A stretch of 64,000 bases of DNA from Thermoanaerobaculia bacterium (GTDB taxonomy: Bacteria > Acidobacteriota > Thermoanaerobaculia > Multivoradales > Multivoraceae): positions 2,022,797-2,086,796 of the forward strand of contig OY762911.1 in the NCBI GenBank assembly GCA_963666565.1. Reading direction: 5' to 3'. Numbering within the stretch: position 1 is the first letter of the stretch; each line of letters begins with the position of its first letter. The position numbers and the translations under genes are program-made. Under the pieces are notes generated by a model, which saw nothing but the letters and a program-made list of their open reading frames with translations, had not been told where the DNA came from and searched no databases. Below are positions 9,201 to 18,315 of the stretch, piece after piece.

Positions 9201-10256
9201 CTAGCGGACGACCGCCTCGGTCGACGCCTCGACGTTGTACGGCAGGGCGTCGTCGCCCTCGAGGCCCAGCCGCTCGTTGATCGCCAGCAGGTGGTGGTCG
9301 ACGCCGATCTCGGCGCCGGGGCGGAAACCGGGCACGGTGATGACCTGCGCCAGCACGCCGCCCAGGCCGCGGTGGATCACGCCGCGCGGCAGGTAGATCA
9401 GGTCGCCGGCGCGGACGTCGTGAACGTCGAAGAGCTGCCCGGCGAGCTCGGGGGTCATCGTCTCGGGGGACTCGATTGCCTCGGCGCGGTAGCTCGTGAG
9501 GAGTTGGTCCTCGTCGTTGCTCATCTGCACCAGGTAGAACTCGTCGAAGCCCGTGTCCACGGGGTGGTAGTGGGTGAAGGAGTCCGTGATCCGCACGCGG
9601 TGCGCGTTCAGGCCGTGGAAGGTGTAGGGCCCGTTGTCGTTGAGCCAGGTGAGCAGGATGCGACGGTAGGCGCCGGTCTCCGTGGCGCAGCCGCCGGGGA
9701 CGTCCGTGATGTTCGGATCCCAGTCGGGCCGGATCGCCGCCGGCACGTTCTCGTCCGGTGCGTCGGGAACGTCGAACACGAGCGCGGCGATCGCGGGTTC
9801 GACCGTCAGCCGTTCGCCGGGGCGGAGCACCGCGATGTCGCCTACATGGAGCTCGGTCCTGGTTGTGCCCGAGGCGGTGTGGATCTCGGCCGTCGCGGGC
9901 GCCTCCTCGACCGGCGTCTGAACGAAGACGAGCCGGCTCGACGCGTCCGCGGCGATCTCGGTGGCCGCGGCCAGGAACGTCATCGCGTAGCCGGGGTTCG
10001 CCGCCTCGAAGGCCTCCCGGACCCGCGCGAAGGCGGCTTGGCCCTCGGCGTCGTCGTCGAAGAGGTGGGCGCGGACGACTTCAGCCGGACTTCCTACGCT
10101 CTTGAGTTCGGCATCCTCCCCGCCCGGGTCGGCATCGACCTCGCTGGAGATGCAGGCACAGAGCGTGAGCGAGGCCAAGAACGTTGCTGCCGTCGCAGAC
10201 GCGAGCGGTACCGGGCACCTTCGGAATCTCACCGGCGAAACGGTACCACGCGGCAA
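9201..10256 (-). CDS. Cupin-domain lipoprotein (hypothetical)
   Basis: Lipobox-like LTLCAC in the N-terminal signal; C-terminal GDLIYLPRGVIHRG cupin-like motif; start uncertain. Confidence 0.45.
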   Translation of the reverse strand: MPRGTVSPVRFRRCPVPLASATAATFLASLTLCACISSEVDADPGGEDAELKSVGSPAEVVRAHLFDDDAEGQAAFARVREAFEAANPGYAMTFLAAATEIAADASSRLVFVQTPVEEAPATAEIHTASGTTRTELHVGDIAVLRPGERLTVEPAIAALVFDVPDAPDENVPAAIRPDWDPNITDVPGGCATETGAYRRILLTWLNDNGPYTFHGLNAHRVRITDSFTHYHPVDTGFDEFYLVQMSNDEDQLLTSYRAEAIESPETMTPELAGQLFDVHDVRAGDLIYLPRGVIHRGLGGVLAQVITVPGFRPGAEIGVDHHLLAINERLGLEGDDALPYNVEASTEAVVR

Positions 10257-10272
10257 AGGTCGGGCTCGCCCT

Positions 10273-11067
10273 TCAGCTACCCCGATCGTGTCGCTCCTGG
10301 AATCTGGCGTGGAGCTCCAAGTCGAACAGTCTGGCGGATCGGATCTCCGAGAGTGGAAGGATCACACGCATGTCCTCCAGGGACGTGCTCCGGTCTGCTC
10401 CTGGGTGGTGTCTTCGGATCTCGTTGTAGTAGCGGCCGTAGGAAGTAGTCAGCTTGAGTTCCTGCGTGTCCTTGTCGCGGTAGCCGCTGACTACTGGGAG
10501 GAGAGCTATGTCGGGCTCGGTGGCGTCCCTCTGGAAGATGCCGCTGACCGTGGCATAGCCGATGTAGGTCTTGCCGCTGTTGAGTGCGATCTCGACAGTG
10601 GTGGGGCGTTGAGCCGAGTCCTGCAGAGTCAACTCGATGAGATCGCCCCTCTCCGCCGCTGCTCTGCGGGCGCCTTCGAGATCCGTACAGCGGAGACGGC
10701 GCCGCCAGGATAGCGGCGTCTCGGTGTCCACTGCCTCGTGTTCTGCGTCTGTCTCTTTCTTCCGCCGGTTGAGTCCGTACGGAAGAGCGAACCCGCTGAG
10801 AGTTCCGATGCCGACGGCCGCCTGAACCAGGGTGAGCGGCTCCGACAAACGTAGCCAGCCCTTGAGGTCTACGCCGAGGTCCGGAACTGCATACGAGAGA
10901 GCTAGAAGCGGCAGGTATGCGATGGCCGAGAGCAGGCCCCCCAGGCAGGCCGACCGGAAGACCAGGTGGTAGCCCGACTCGCGCAGAGCGCCGTACTTCC
11001 AGCAGTTTGCCCGCGTGAGGGCCCAGTACCCGCCGAGGGCCGGCAGGAGAAGAAGCCCGAGACCCAT
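10273..11067 (-). CDS. Hypothetical membrane protein (3 predicted TM helices + cytoplasmic domain)
   Basis: ORF in a lower-GC (about 58 percent) islet; hydrophobic N-terminus; no recognisable family. Confidence 0.4.
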   Translation of the reverse strand: MGLGLLLLPALGGYWALTRANCWKYGALRESGYHLVFRSACLGGLLSAIAYLPLLALSYAVPDLGVDLKGWLRLSEPLTLVQAAVGIGTLSGFALPYGLNRRKKETDAEHEAVDTETPLSWRRRLRCTDLEGARRAAAERGDLIELTLQDSAQRPTTVEIALNSGKTYIGYATVSGIFQRDATEPDIALLPVVSGYRDKDTQELKLTTSYGRYYNEIRRHHPGADRSTSLEDMRVILPLSEIRSARLFDLELHARFQERHDRGS

Positions 11068-11085
11068 CTGGCTGAGCCGACCGGT

Positions 11086-11292
11086 CTAGCCGGAGTGTGC
11101 CGCCTTGCGATTCGGCGGTGGCGGGTCGACCTGCGCGTAGCGGTGTTCTCGCTCGATGATGGCGGTGCCGGCAGAAAAGGCGTCCGCAACTTCCGGCCTG
11201 CTCAGGAGATCGTCCATGTCGACTTGCCACGCGCCCTTGCTCGTGAAGTGGAGTCGCACCGGCCGGCTGCTCTCCTTGGTCTTGTCGGTCAT
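11086..11292 (-). CDS. Small hypothetical protein (about 68 aa)
   Basis: Short ORF starting MTDKTKESSRPV directly upstream of the membrane protein in the same islet. Confidence 0.3.
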   Translation of the reverse strand: MTDKTKESSRPVRLHFTSKGAWQVDMDDLLSRPEVADAFSAGTAIIEREHRYAQVDPPPPNRKAAHSG

Positions 11293-11488
11293 GACGCGCT
11301 CTTCCGGTTGCTGGCGGGCTCCCGACCACCCCACCTGAGACTCGACGCACAGCGTAGCAGAAGAGCCGACTTCCGTTTGCAGAGGACACGGCACCTGACA
11401 ATGCCGTCGCGAGCTCGGGCCGAACTGGCCCGCGAACGCCCCGTGGGATCCATGCAGAGCACGGTACCATGAGGGGCTCCGGCGAGAC

Positions 11489-12676
11489 GTGACGAAGAAT
11501 GAGGCCGGGGAAGAGGAGTCGACGATGGAACCCTCGACCGGTGGTGCCGAAAACGTCCAGTCCGGAAGGAGTGCGGCAGCGGTCGTGTCCGCTGGTAGGG
11601 CCCGATCCCGATGCTTGAGCGGGAGCCCGCTGGGTACGCAGCGGGTTCATGCCGCTATCCGCTGGCGATTGGCCTCCGTTTCCGGCGCCGCGTTCCTCAT
11701 GGCAACCGCGGCTGCTCATCCGGCTGCGACCGCGGACGAAGGCGGTCCGACGATCGATCTCGCGAAGCGAGCCGGCGCCCGCGTCCTGGTCACCGTCGAC
11801 GGCGAGCCCTTCACCGAGTACCGGCCCGGCGGCGAGGCCGATGGCGGCGGCCACCTGCCGTACCTGTACCCGGTCTACGGCCCCGGCGGGCAGGCGCTCA
11901 CCCGCAACTGGCCGATGGCCGAGGCGGAAGGCGAGGAGCGGGACCATCCGCATCACCGTTCCCTCTGGTTCGCTCACGGCGCCGTTGGCCCGGCCGACGG
12001 CTCGGAGCGCCACGACTTCTGGACCGGCCGCGACGGTTCGGCGATCGTCCACCGGGAGATCCTGGCCGCCGAGTCGGGCGCGGCCGGCGGCCCGGGCCTC
12101 CTGCGCACGGCCAACGTCTGGCTCGCACCCGGCGGCGCCGAGGTGCTTCGCGAGGAACGTGCGATGACCTTCCGCGCCGGCGCTTTCGACGGCGGCCAGG
12201 CCTGGCGCGCGATCGACTTCGACATCCGGCTTCGGGCCGGCGGCGCGGCCGTCGTCCTCGGCGACACGAAGGAAGGCACGATGGCCATCCGCGTCGCGCC
12301 GACTCTCCGCCACCAGGGCGAGCGCGCCGCCGGCGCCATGCTGAACAGTGAAAGCGTCGAAAGCGCCGCCGTCTGGGGCAAGCGCGCCGCGTGGGTCCAC
12401 TACAGTGGCCCGGTCGACGGCAGGCCGGTCGGCATCGCGATCTTCGACCACCCCGGGAACTTCCGCCACCCGACCTGGTGGCACGCCCGCGCCTACGGCC
12501 TGTTCGCCGCCAACCCCTTCGGCGTCCACGACTTCGAGAAGGCGAAGAAGGGCACCGGCGCCTGGACGATTCCGGCGGGCGGCGAGCTGCGGTTGCGGTA
12601 CCGGCTGCTGTTTCACGACGGCGAGGTGGCTGCGGAACAGCTCGCTGGGGAACTGGCGCGCTACGGCTCTGAGTGA
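11489..12676 (+). CDS. PmoA-family (DUF6807-like) protein, probably secreted
   Basis: HPHHRSLWFAHG and the surrounding motifs are typical of the PmoA-like family common in Planctomycetes/Verrucomicrobia-type genomes; true start uncertain (the signal-like segment begins around residue 60 of the ORF). Confidence 0.6.
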   Translation: MTKNEAGEEESTMEPSTGGAENVQSGRSAAAVVSAGRARSRCLSGSPLGTQRVHAAIRWRLASVSGAAFLMATAAAHPAATADEGGPTIDLAKRAGARVLVTVDGEPFTEYRPGGEADGGGHLPYLYPVYGPGGQALTRNWPMAEAEGEERDHPHHRSLWFAHGAVGPADGSERHDFWTGRDGSAIVHREILAAESGAAGGPGLLRTANVWLAPGGAEVLREERAMTFRAGAFDGGQAWRAIDFDIRLRAGGAAVVLGDTKEGTMAIRVAPTLRHQGERAAGAMLNSESVESAAVWGKRAAWVHYSGPVDGRPVGIAIFDHPGNFRHPTWWHARAYGLFAANPFGVHDFEKAKKGTGAWTIPAGGELRLRYRLLFHDGEVAAEQLAGELARYGSE

Positions 12677-12795
12677 CGGCGCACGGGCGATGATCGTGTG
12701 CGGACGGCGTGGTTCGTCTCGAACCCGACCGGCGAGTTGTCACAAGAACTTGTCTTTCTGGCAGAGATTCGCGCGCTTGGGCTAAGGTCCGCCAC

Positions 12796-12880
12796 AATGA
12801 TCCTCAACGCGCAGCAGCTTCGGCAGGCCGTTTCACCAGCTCGCCGAGCCGACCGAGAAGCCCTGCGACGGCCCGTCTCC
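12796..12880 (+). pseudogene. Degenerate internally deleted partial copy of the downstream dCTP-deaminase-like gene (start plus C-terminal piece)
   Basis: ATGATCCTCAACGCGCAGCAG.. and ..CAGCTCGCCGAGCCGACCGAGAAGCC match 13353-13385 and about 13760-13790; the upstream promoter-like segment is also duplicated. Confidence 0.5.
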
Positions 12881-12986
12881 CCTGCGGGATCGCCGAAGAG
12901 CAGGCGGATTATCGGTCCGGTCGTATGCTCCGTCCGGGTTCCAGAGGCGCCCGCCCGTCGACGATGGGAGTGAGGATCCGTACACG

Positions 12987-13208
12987 ATGAGCCGTACGAT
13001 TGGCGCCACGCAGTTCAGGAAACAGTGCCTCGCGATTCTCGATCAGGTGGACCGCGACGGCATCGTGATCACGAAACACGGGCACCCGGTGGCGAAGCTG
13101 ATACCAGTCAAGGGTACTTCCGGGCACTTGATCGGCTGCCTTCGGGGGAAACTGCGGCCTGCGGGCGACACGATGAGCACAGGCGTCAGGTGGGATGCTG
13201 AACACTGA
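12987..13208 (+). CDS. Phd/YefM-family type II antitoxin
   Basis: ATQFRKQCLAILDQVDRDGIVITKHGHPVAKLIP is Phd/YefM-like. Confidence 0.7.
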   Translation: MSRTIGATQFRKQCLAILDQVDRDGIVITKHGHPVAKLIPVKGTSGHLIGCLRGKLRPAGDTMSTGVRWDAEH

Positions 13209-13257
13209 CTCCGACATCCTCGTCGACGCCCTGGAAGGAGAGGCGAGACCGGCGTAG
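13195..13257 (+). pseudogene. Remnant of a VapC/PIN toxin gene (about 20 codons, then stop)
   Basis: MLNTDSDILVDALEGEARPA* overlaps the antitoxin stop in the classic TA arrangement and resembles a PIN N-terminus, but is truncated. Coordinates approximate. Confidence 0.35.
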
Positions 13258-13352
13258 CGAAGCAGCGGCTTGTTGTGGTTCGACCGAGCGGAGCGTCCGA
13301 AGATCTTGCCCGTTTCGTGGAAGTTCGGCGGCTTGCGCTAGGGTCGCGGCAG

Positions 13353-14036
13353 ATGATCCTCAACGCGCAGCAAATCCGGCGGGCTGTGGAGGGCGGTGAC
13401 ATTCGGATCGAGCCGTACGACGAGGATCAGTTGCAGGCGGCCACCTACGACCTGCGGGTCGGTGCGCAGGGCGCGACGACCAGCACGAAGAAGGTGTTGG
13501 ACCTCCGTTCAACCGGCTATCTCTCCATCGAGCCTGGCGACTTCGCGGTCGTCACCGTGCGCGAGGAGATTGCGCTGGGGCCGCAGCACGCCGGACGCTT
13601 CGGGCTGCGCTCGAAGTACGCCCGCAAGGGCCTCATTGCAACGACGGGGCCACAGATCGACCCCGGCTTCCACGGACGGCTGATCCTCGGCCTCACGAAC
13701 CTGACGCCCAAGGCCATCACGCTCTCGCACGACGACGACCTCGTGTCGGTCGAGTTTCACCAACTCGCCGAGCCGACCGAGAAGCCGTACGACGGTCCGT
13801 TCCAGGGGAAGACGAAGCTCGGTCCCGAGGAAATCGAGATGATCACCGAGAGTTCCGGGGGCATGGCCTTCTCGGAGGTGCTGACCACGCTCAGCTCGCT
13901 GAGCAAGAACGTGGCGACCCTCTCAAGGGACGTGCACGAACTTTCGGCCTCGATGAAGACGCAGCGCTGGCTCGTGCCCGTGCTCTTCGGATTCGTCGCG
14001 CTGCTGATCGCGGTGTTCGGGTTCCTCGGCGGCTGA
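13353..14036 (+). CDS. dCTP deaminase (Dcd/dUTPase-fold)-like domain fused to a C-terminal TM-anchored domain
   Basis: MILNAQQIRRAVEGGDIRIEPYDEDQLQAATYDLRVG and IDPGFHGRLILGLTNLTPKAITLSHDDDLVSVEFHQL match the Dcd fold; about 90 extra C-terminal residues ending in a hydrophobic helix WLVPVLFGFVALLIAVFGFLGG. Confidence 0.6.
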   Translation: MILNAQQIRRAVEGGDIRIEPYDEDQLQAATYDLRVGAQGATTSTKKVLDLRSTGYLSIEPGDFAVVTVREEIALGPQHAGRFGLRSKYARKGLIATTGPQIDPGFHGRLILGLTNLTPKAITLSHDDDLVSVEFHQLAEPTEKPYDGPFQGKTKLGPEEIEMITESSGGMAFSEVLTTLSSLSKNVATLSRDVHELSASMKTQRWLVPVLFGFVALLIAVFGFLGG

Positions 14037-14063
14037 CGCCAGAGCTTGGCGGCCCGGCGCTCG

Positions 14064-14621
14064 CTACCGCAAGCGCGCCGGATCGAACATCGCGTAGATG
14101 CGGGTGTCCCGCAGTTCGCCCGCGTTGTCGAGGGCATCGTTCCTGAGCGTCGCTTCCCACTCGAAGCCGAGCCGCTCCGCCACGGCCCAACTGGGCTCGT
14201 TGCGGTCGTCCATCGTGATCTGAACGCGCTTCGCGCCGAGGGTCTCGAAGGCGAGGCCGATCAGCGCGCGGGCGGACTCGGAAGCGTAGCCGTGGCCGAC
14301 GAAAGCGGAGAGCAACCAGTAGCCGATCTCGAACTTGGGCACGTCCCAGTTCGCGAACAGCGAGGAGCCGCCGACGATGCGCCCGGAGGACTTGAGCGCC
14401 AGCAGGACGTGGTACGCGGCTTCTTCTTCCAGTTCGGTCTGGGCCAACTTCAGGTAGGCCGCGAATTCGTCTTCGCCGTATGGCTTCTTTGCCCACGGCA
14501 TCCACTCGGTCAGTTCGGCGAAGGACGCCGCTATCGCGGCGATCAGTTCCTGGCCGTCCGCCGGCGTGGGCGGGCGGAGGATCAGCCGGTCGGTTTCGAG
14601 TTGGTCGGGGAAGCGGGACAT
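14064..14621 (-). CDS. GNAT family N-acetyltransferase (RimJ/RimL-like)
   Basis: ETDRLILRPPTPADGQEL; acetyl-CoA binding region; GNAT fold motifs. Confidence 0.8.
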   Translation of the reverse strand: MSRFPDQLETDRLILRPPTPADGQELIAAIAASFAELTEWMPWAKKPYGEDEFAAYLKLAQTELEEEAAYHVLLALKSSGRIVGGSSLFANWDVPKFEIGYWLLSAFVGHGYASESARALIGLAFETLGAKRVQITMDDRNEPSWAVAERLGFEWEATLRNDALDNAGELRDTRIYAMFDPARLR

Positions 14622-14647
14622 TGGAGTCGACTGCCCGTTTCGGCTTC

Positions 14648-15661
14648 TCAGTCGGCTTCGGGCGGAAGGTACTCGTCGCCTACGGTGCGCCCGCCGTTGC
14701 CGTTCGGGCGGTTCAACCGGCCCGACAGGGCATCCCGGGCAATCTGGACCGCGCTCAGGATGGTCTCCGTCGAGCGGACGCCGACGTAGTCGGAGAACGC
14801 CTTCAGGTTTCCCTCGTCAGCGGCTTCGAGTGCCCGGATGTACGCGGGTTTGCCCTCGGCGGTCACCACGGGAGGCGGCAGGTGCCGCTTCACGTAGGCC
14901 CACGCCATGAGCAGCCGCGAAACCCGTCCGTTGCCGTCCTGGAACGGGTGGGTGCGAACGAAGCGGTGATGCAGCCAGGCGGCCTCCACGTTGACTGGAT
15001 AGCTCCGTTCGCGGATGTCGTCGTCGTACAGGGCGAGGAAGCGGCGCATCTCCGGGTCCACCTGCTCCGGCGGGCAGTACTCGTGAACGAGCCCGTCGGC
15101 GCGGCGCGGGTTGTTGGGCCTCGTCTTCCACTCGCCCTTGCCGCGGAACTCGACCTGAACGCGCCGGCCCTGGAGGTCGAGGCCCGTGATTGTCTCCTGG
15201 TGCCGCGTCAGCAGGGCGTGCCAACTTTTCATCATGTACACCGACAGGGGGCGGCCGCTGGCGACATCCTCGAACATCATGTCGTAGGCGGCCTCCTGGT
15301 CCCGCAGCAGGCCCCGCAGAGTGCGGTCCTCGATCCCCTCGAGAGTGTGCGCCCCCACCGCGCCGGCGAAGCCCTCCGCGATGAACTGCTCGGTGACGCC
15401 CCGCCGCAGCGTGTACAGCCCCTCGATCTGGCCGGTCTCCAGGGCGAAGGCGCGCACCCGCTCCCGCAGCCAGCCGTTCAGGAAGCGCGACTCGGGGGAG
15501 CCGTCCTTGATCCCGCCCAGGCATTCGTTCCACTCGGCCTCGAGGTCGGCGTAGCCGGGCATCGTCCAGCCTTCCGCGCCGTCCGGCATGCCGGTCAGTG
15601 GCTTCCACTGCTCGGGGGCCTGCGCGGCCACTGCCAAACTCCCGTTGCGTCTTCGGTCCAT
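14648..15661 (-). CDS. Fic/DOC family protein (AMPylation-type fold)
   Basis: Canonical Fic motif HPFQDGNGRVSRLL. Confidence 0.85.
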   Translation of the reverse strand: MDRRRNGSLAVAAQAPEQWKPLTGMPDGAEGWTMPGYADLEAEWNECLGGIKDGSPESRFLNGWLRERVRAFALETGQIEGLYTLRRGVTEQFIAEGFAGAVGAHTLEGIEDRTLRGLLRDQEAAYDMMFEDVASGRPLSVYMMKSWHALLTRHQETITGLDLQGRRVQVEFRGKGEWKTRPNNPRRADGLVHEYCPPEQVDPEMRRFLALYDDDIRERSYPVNVEAAWLHHRFVRTHPFQDGNGRVSRLLMAWAYVKRHLPPPVVTAEGKPAYIRALEAADEGNLKAFSDYVGVRSTETILSAVQIARDALSGRLNRPNGNGGRTVGDEYLPPEAD

Positions 15662-15744
15662 CCGGCCGCGATGCTACTACTGGGCCGGCGGTCTCGGCCG
15701 TCCATCGTGACCTGAACGCGCTTGGCGCCGCGCGGCGCAAGCTC

Positions 15745-16512
15745 CTAGTCGAACGCGGGTCTGACCGGCTTCTTCGTCTCCGGCGCCCAGATTCGGATCT
15801 GGCTGAAGCGGCCGGTGTCGTCGAACGACCCGAAGCCGACGCGGCCCCAGCCGAGCGGGTCGCGGTCGGCCGAGACGGTCGGCTGCTTCTCGTCGTCGAA
15901 GTAGACCCGTAGCGAGCCGTCCTGGCGTTCGACGCGCACGCGCTTCCAGCCGCGGCCCCAGTCGACGCCTTCGTCCGGGATCGCGCCCATCGGCGTCCGG
16001 TCGGCGTTGTCGACCAGGAAGATGTTGTGGGCACGGTCGTCCGGCTCGGTGGCGAGGTGGGCGTAGTAGTAGCGGTTCGGTCCCTCGAAGCCGAAGAAGA
16101 GGCTGAGGTCGCGGTGACCGTACTCGCGGCCGGTCTGCCAGGCCTCGGCTTCGAGGACGAAGTCGGCGAGCAGGAGATCGTCGATCAGGGCGATGTTGAG
16201 CGGCGAGCGGTGTTTCGGCTTGTACTTGCTGCCGCCCTTGAGGTCGAGGTAGCCGCGCCAGTCTCCCGCGCCGTACGCCCACGCTCGCCGGTCGCTGAAC
16301 GTGAAGTCGTCGAGCGCGGAGGCCTCGGTGAAGTCCTGGGAGTAGACGAGTTCGTAGCCTTCCGGGACGTCGGACTGGGCGTGGAGGCCGCCGGCGGTGG
16401 CGACGGCAGTCAATGCGGCCAGACTCAGCCAAACCGGCGCTTTGCGCCGGATGCCGGCGAGGGCGCCGGCGCACCCGGTGGGGCGCATCGCGAGACTGCG
16501 AACCGGGCCCAT
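15745..16512 (-). CDS. Secreted DUF1080-like (3-keto-disaccharide hydrolase family) protein
   Basis: Signal peptide; domain often found next to Gfo/Idh/MocA oxidoreductases; start overlaps the upstream stop by 1 nt (alternative Met at 16488). Confidence 0.5.
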   Translation of the reverse strand: MGPVRSLAMRPTGCAGALAGIRRKAPVWLSLAALTAVATAGGLHAQSDVPEGYELVYSQDFTEASALDDFTFSDRRAWAYGAGDWRGYLDLKGGSKYKPKHRSPLNIALIDDLLLADFVLEAEAWQTGREYGHRDLSLFFGFEGPNRYYYAHLATEPDDRAHNIFLVDNADRTPMGAIPDEGVDWGRGWKRVRVERQDGSLRVYFDDEKQPTVSADRDPLGWGRVGFGSFDDTGRFSQIRIWAPETKKPVRPAFD

Positions 16513-17984
16513 CAGACGGTCCGCGGGACGACGAAGGGTTCCCGGTACTCGCGAGTGAGCATCCTGTTCGCCTCCGGGTCGCCTTCGATCGTCTCGGTGT
16601 CCGGGTCGATCTCGAGCCAGGGCCCGACGATCGGCTGCTCGATCTCGAGGTCGACGCCGTTCCTGGCCAGGTGGTCGAGGAAGCGGTCCGGGGTGTCGCC
16701 GGCGTGGCGGAGCTTCGAGGCGATCTTCGACACCTTGGCGGGCCCCCCGGCTTCGCCGCGCAGGTAGGAGATGTTGCCGAGGTGGCAGAGCGCGCTCGAC
16801 AGGTGGCCGTCCTCGATCGAGGCGGTCAGGTTGGCGGCGCGCCGGCTGCGCACAGCGTCCACGAAGTTCGCGTAGTGGTTGGCGCCGCCCTTCCAGGACT
16901 CCAGCTTCTTGCCCTTCTTGTCGTAGGCTGCGGCCTGCGTGTAGCTCGGGATCTGCACGTGGCCGCCCTCGCAGTGGACGATGACGCCGATGCTGGCGCC
17001 CAGGTAATCGTCCATGCCGTCGCGCCACTTGCCGGCCTGCGCCTTGGCGTCGCGCGGCAGGCCGCGGACCTCGAACAGCAGCGGCGCCCGCTCGTAGTCG
17101 TGGTACACGAACTGCGTGTTCGGGGTGTTGCCGTCGTCGACGTAGCCGAACCGGCCGCCGACGCTGATCGTTCGCGGCGGCAACGCGGGCTCGCCCAGCG
17201 CCCAGCGCGCGATGTCCATCTGGTGGATGCCCTGGTTGCCCAGGTCGCCGTTGCCGGTGTCGAAGACCCAGTGCCAGTCGTAGTGCAGGCGCTCCCGCAT
17301 CAGCGGCTTCTTCGGCGCCGGGCCGCACCACAGGTCGTAGTCGACGGCGGGATCGATCTTCTGCGCGCCTTCCACCCGGCCGATGCTCTCGCGCGGCTTG
17401 TAGCAGAGGCCGCGGGCGAGCTGGATCTCGCCGATGTGCCCTTCGTTGACCCAGGCCAGGGCCTCCCGGATCGAGGGCGACGAGCGGATCTGGGTGCCGG
17501 TCTGGACGATGCGGTCGTACTTGGCGGCCGCGTGGACGATCTGGCGGCCCTCCCAGACGTTGTGGGACACGGGTTTCTCCAGGTACACGTCCTTGCCGGC
17601 CTGGCACGCCCACACGGCCTGCAGCGCGTGCCAGTGGTTCGGCGTCGCGATGGAAACCGCGTCGATGTCGTCGCGCTCCAGGAGTTCCCGGTAGTCGACG
17701 AAGGTCATCGGAGCGGTCGCGCCGGCCTCGATCGCCTTGGCCTTGGCCGCTTCGAGCACGTTGCTGTCGACGTCGCAGAGGGCGGCGACTTCGACGCCGG
17801 GCAGCTTGGCGAACTGGTTGACGTGGTCCCGGCCGCGTCCGCGCAGGCCGACGACGGCGACGCGAAGCTGTTGGTTGGGACTCGCGGCTGTGGCCGTGCC
17901 GGCCGAAGCGCGGCATCCCAGAGTCGTCGTGGCGGCGGCAGCGGCGGCCGAGCCGAGGAAGACGCGGCGGGTGATGGCGGACAT
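16512..17984 (-). CDS. Gfo/Idh/MocA family oxidoreductase, TAT signal
   Basis: MSAITRRVFLGSAAAAAA twin-arginine signal; LRVAVVGLRGRGRDHV Rossmann motif; EKP motif. Confidence 0.85.
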   Translation of the reverse strand: MSAITRRVFLGSAAAAAATTTLGCRASAGTATAASPNQQLRVAVVGLRGRGRDHVNQFAKLPGVEVAALCDVDSNVLEAAKAKAIEAGATAPMTFVDYRELLERDDIDAVSIATPNHWHALQAVWACQAGKDVYLEKPVSHNVWEGRQIVHAAAKYDRIVQTGTQIRSSPSIREALAWVNEGHIGEIQLARGLCYKPRESIGRVEGAQKIDPAVDYDLWCGPAPKKPLMRERLHYDWHWVFDTGNGDLGNQGIHQMDIARWALGEPALPPRTISVGGRFGYVDDGNTPNTQFVYHDYERAPLLFEVRGLPRDAKAQAGKWRDGMDDYLGASIGVIVHCEGGHVQIPSYTQAAAYDKKGKKLESWKGGANHYANFVDAVRSRRAANLTASIEDGHLSSALCHLGNISYLRGEAGGPAKVSKIASKLRHAGDTPDRFLDHLARNGVDLEIEQPIVGPWLEIDPDTETIEGDPEANRMLTREYREPFVVPRTV

Positions 17985-18060
17985 GTCGTTTCTCCCAGAG
18001 TCGGAAGCTGGCCCGTAGGCGGCTTCCGATTGTAGCGCCGCGGCTCCATACGAGACTGGC

Positions 18061-18100
18061 CGCCCGCTGGGTGCGCGGGTCTTCCGACCCGCTGCCGCCG
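18061..18100. repeat. REP-like hairpin element (core GCGGGTC TTCC GACCCGC)
   Basis: Member of a dispersed repeat family; paired in inverted orientation with 18235-18273 in the oxidoreductase/sulfatase divergent intergenic region. Confidence 0.6.
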
Positions 18101-18234
18101 GAGGCGGCCGGAGAGACGCGCCGGCCGGAGGCTGCCTCCGCTCCAGCGCCGGCCGCGCCGGCCGCGGCTGGTGCGGTCGCCGGGCGTTCGCCAGCGGCCC
18201 TTCGTCCGGGCTGCACCGCTCCGCGGCGCCGCCC

Positions 18235-18273
18235 GTGGGCGGGTCGGAAGACCCGCGCACCCAGCGGGCGGCC
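18235..18273. repeat. REP-like hairpin element (inverted partner)
   Basis: GGGTCGGAAGACCCGCGCACCCAGCGG. Confidence 0.6.
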
Positions 18274-18315
18274 CATGCCCGTCAGCGCCGCGCCGGCTGC
18301 TACCGTGGCCGGCGG

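Noticed and set aside
10277-12616. 779 aa minus-strand ORF spanning the PmoA-family gene region
   Set aside because: Antisense to a well-supported plus-strand gene; composition is RG/AP-rich with no motifs; a high-GC artefact.
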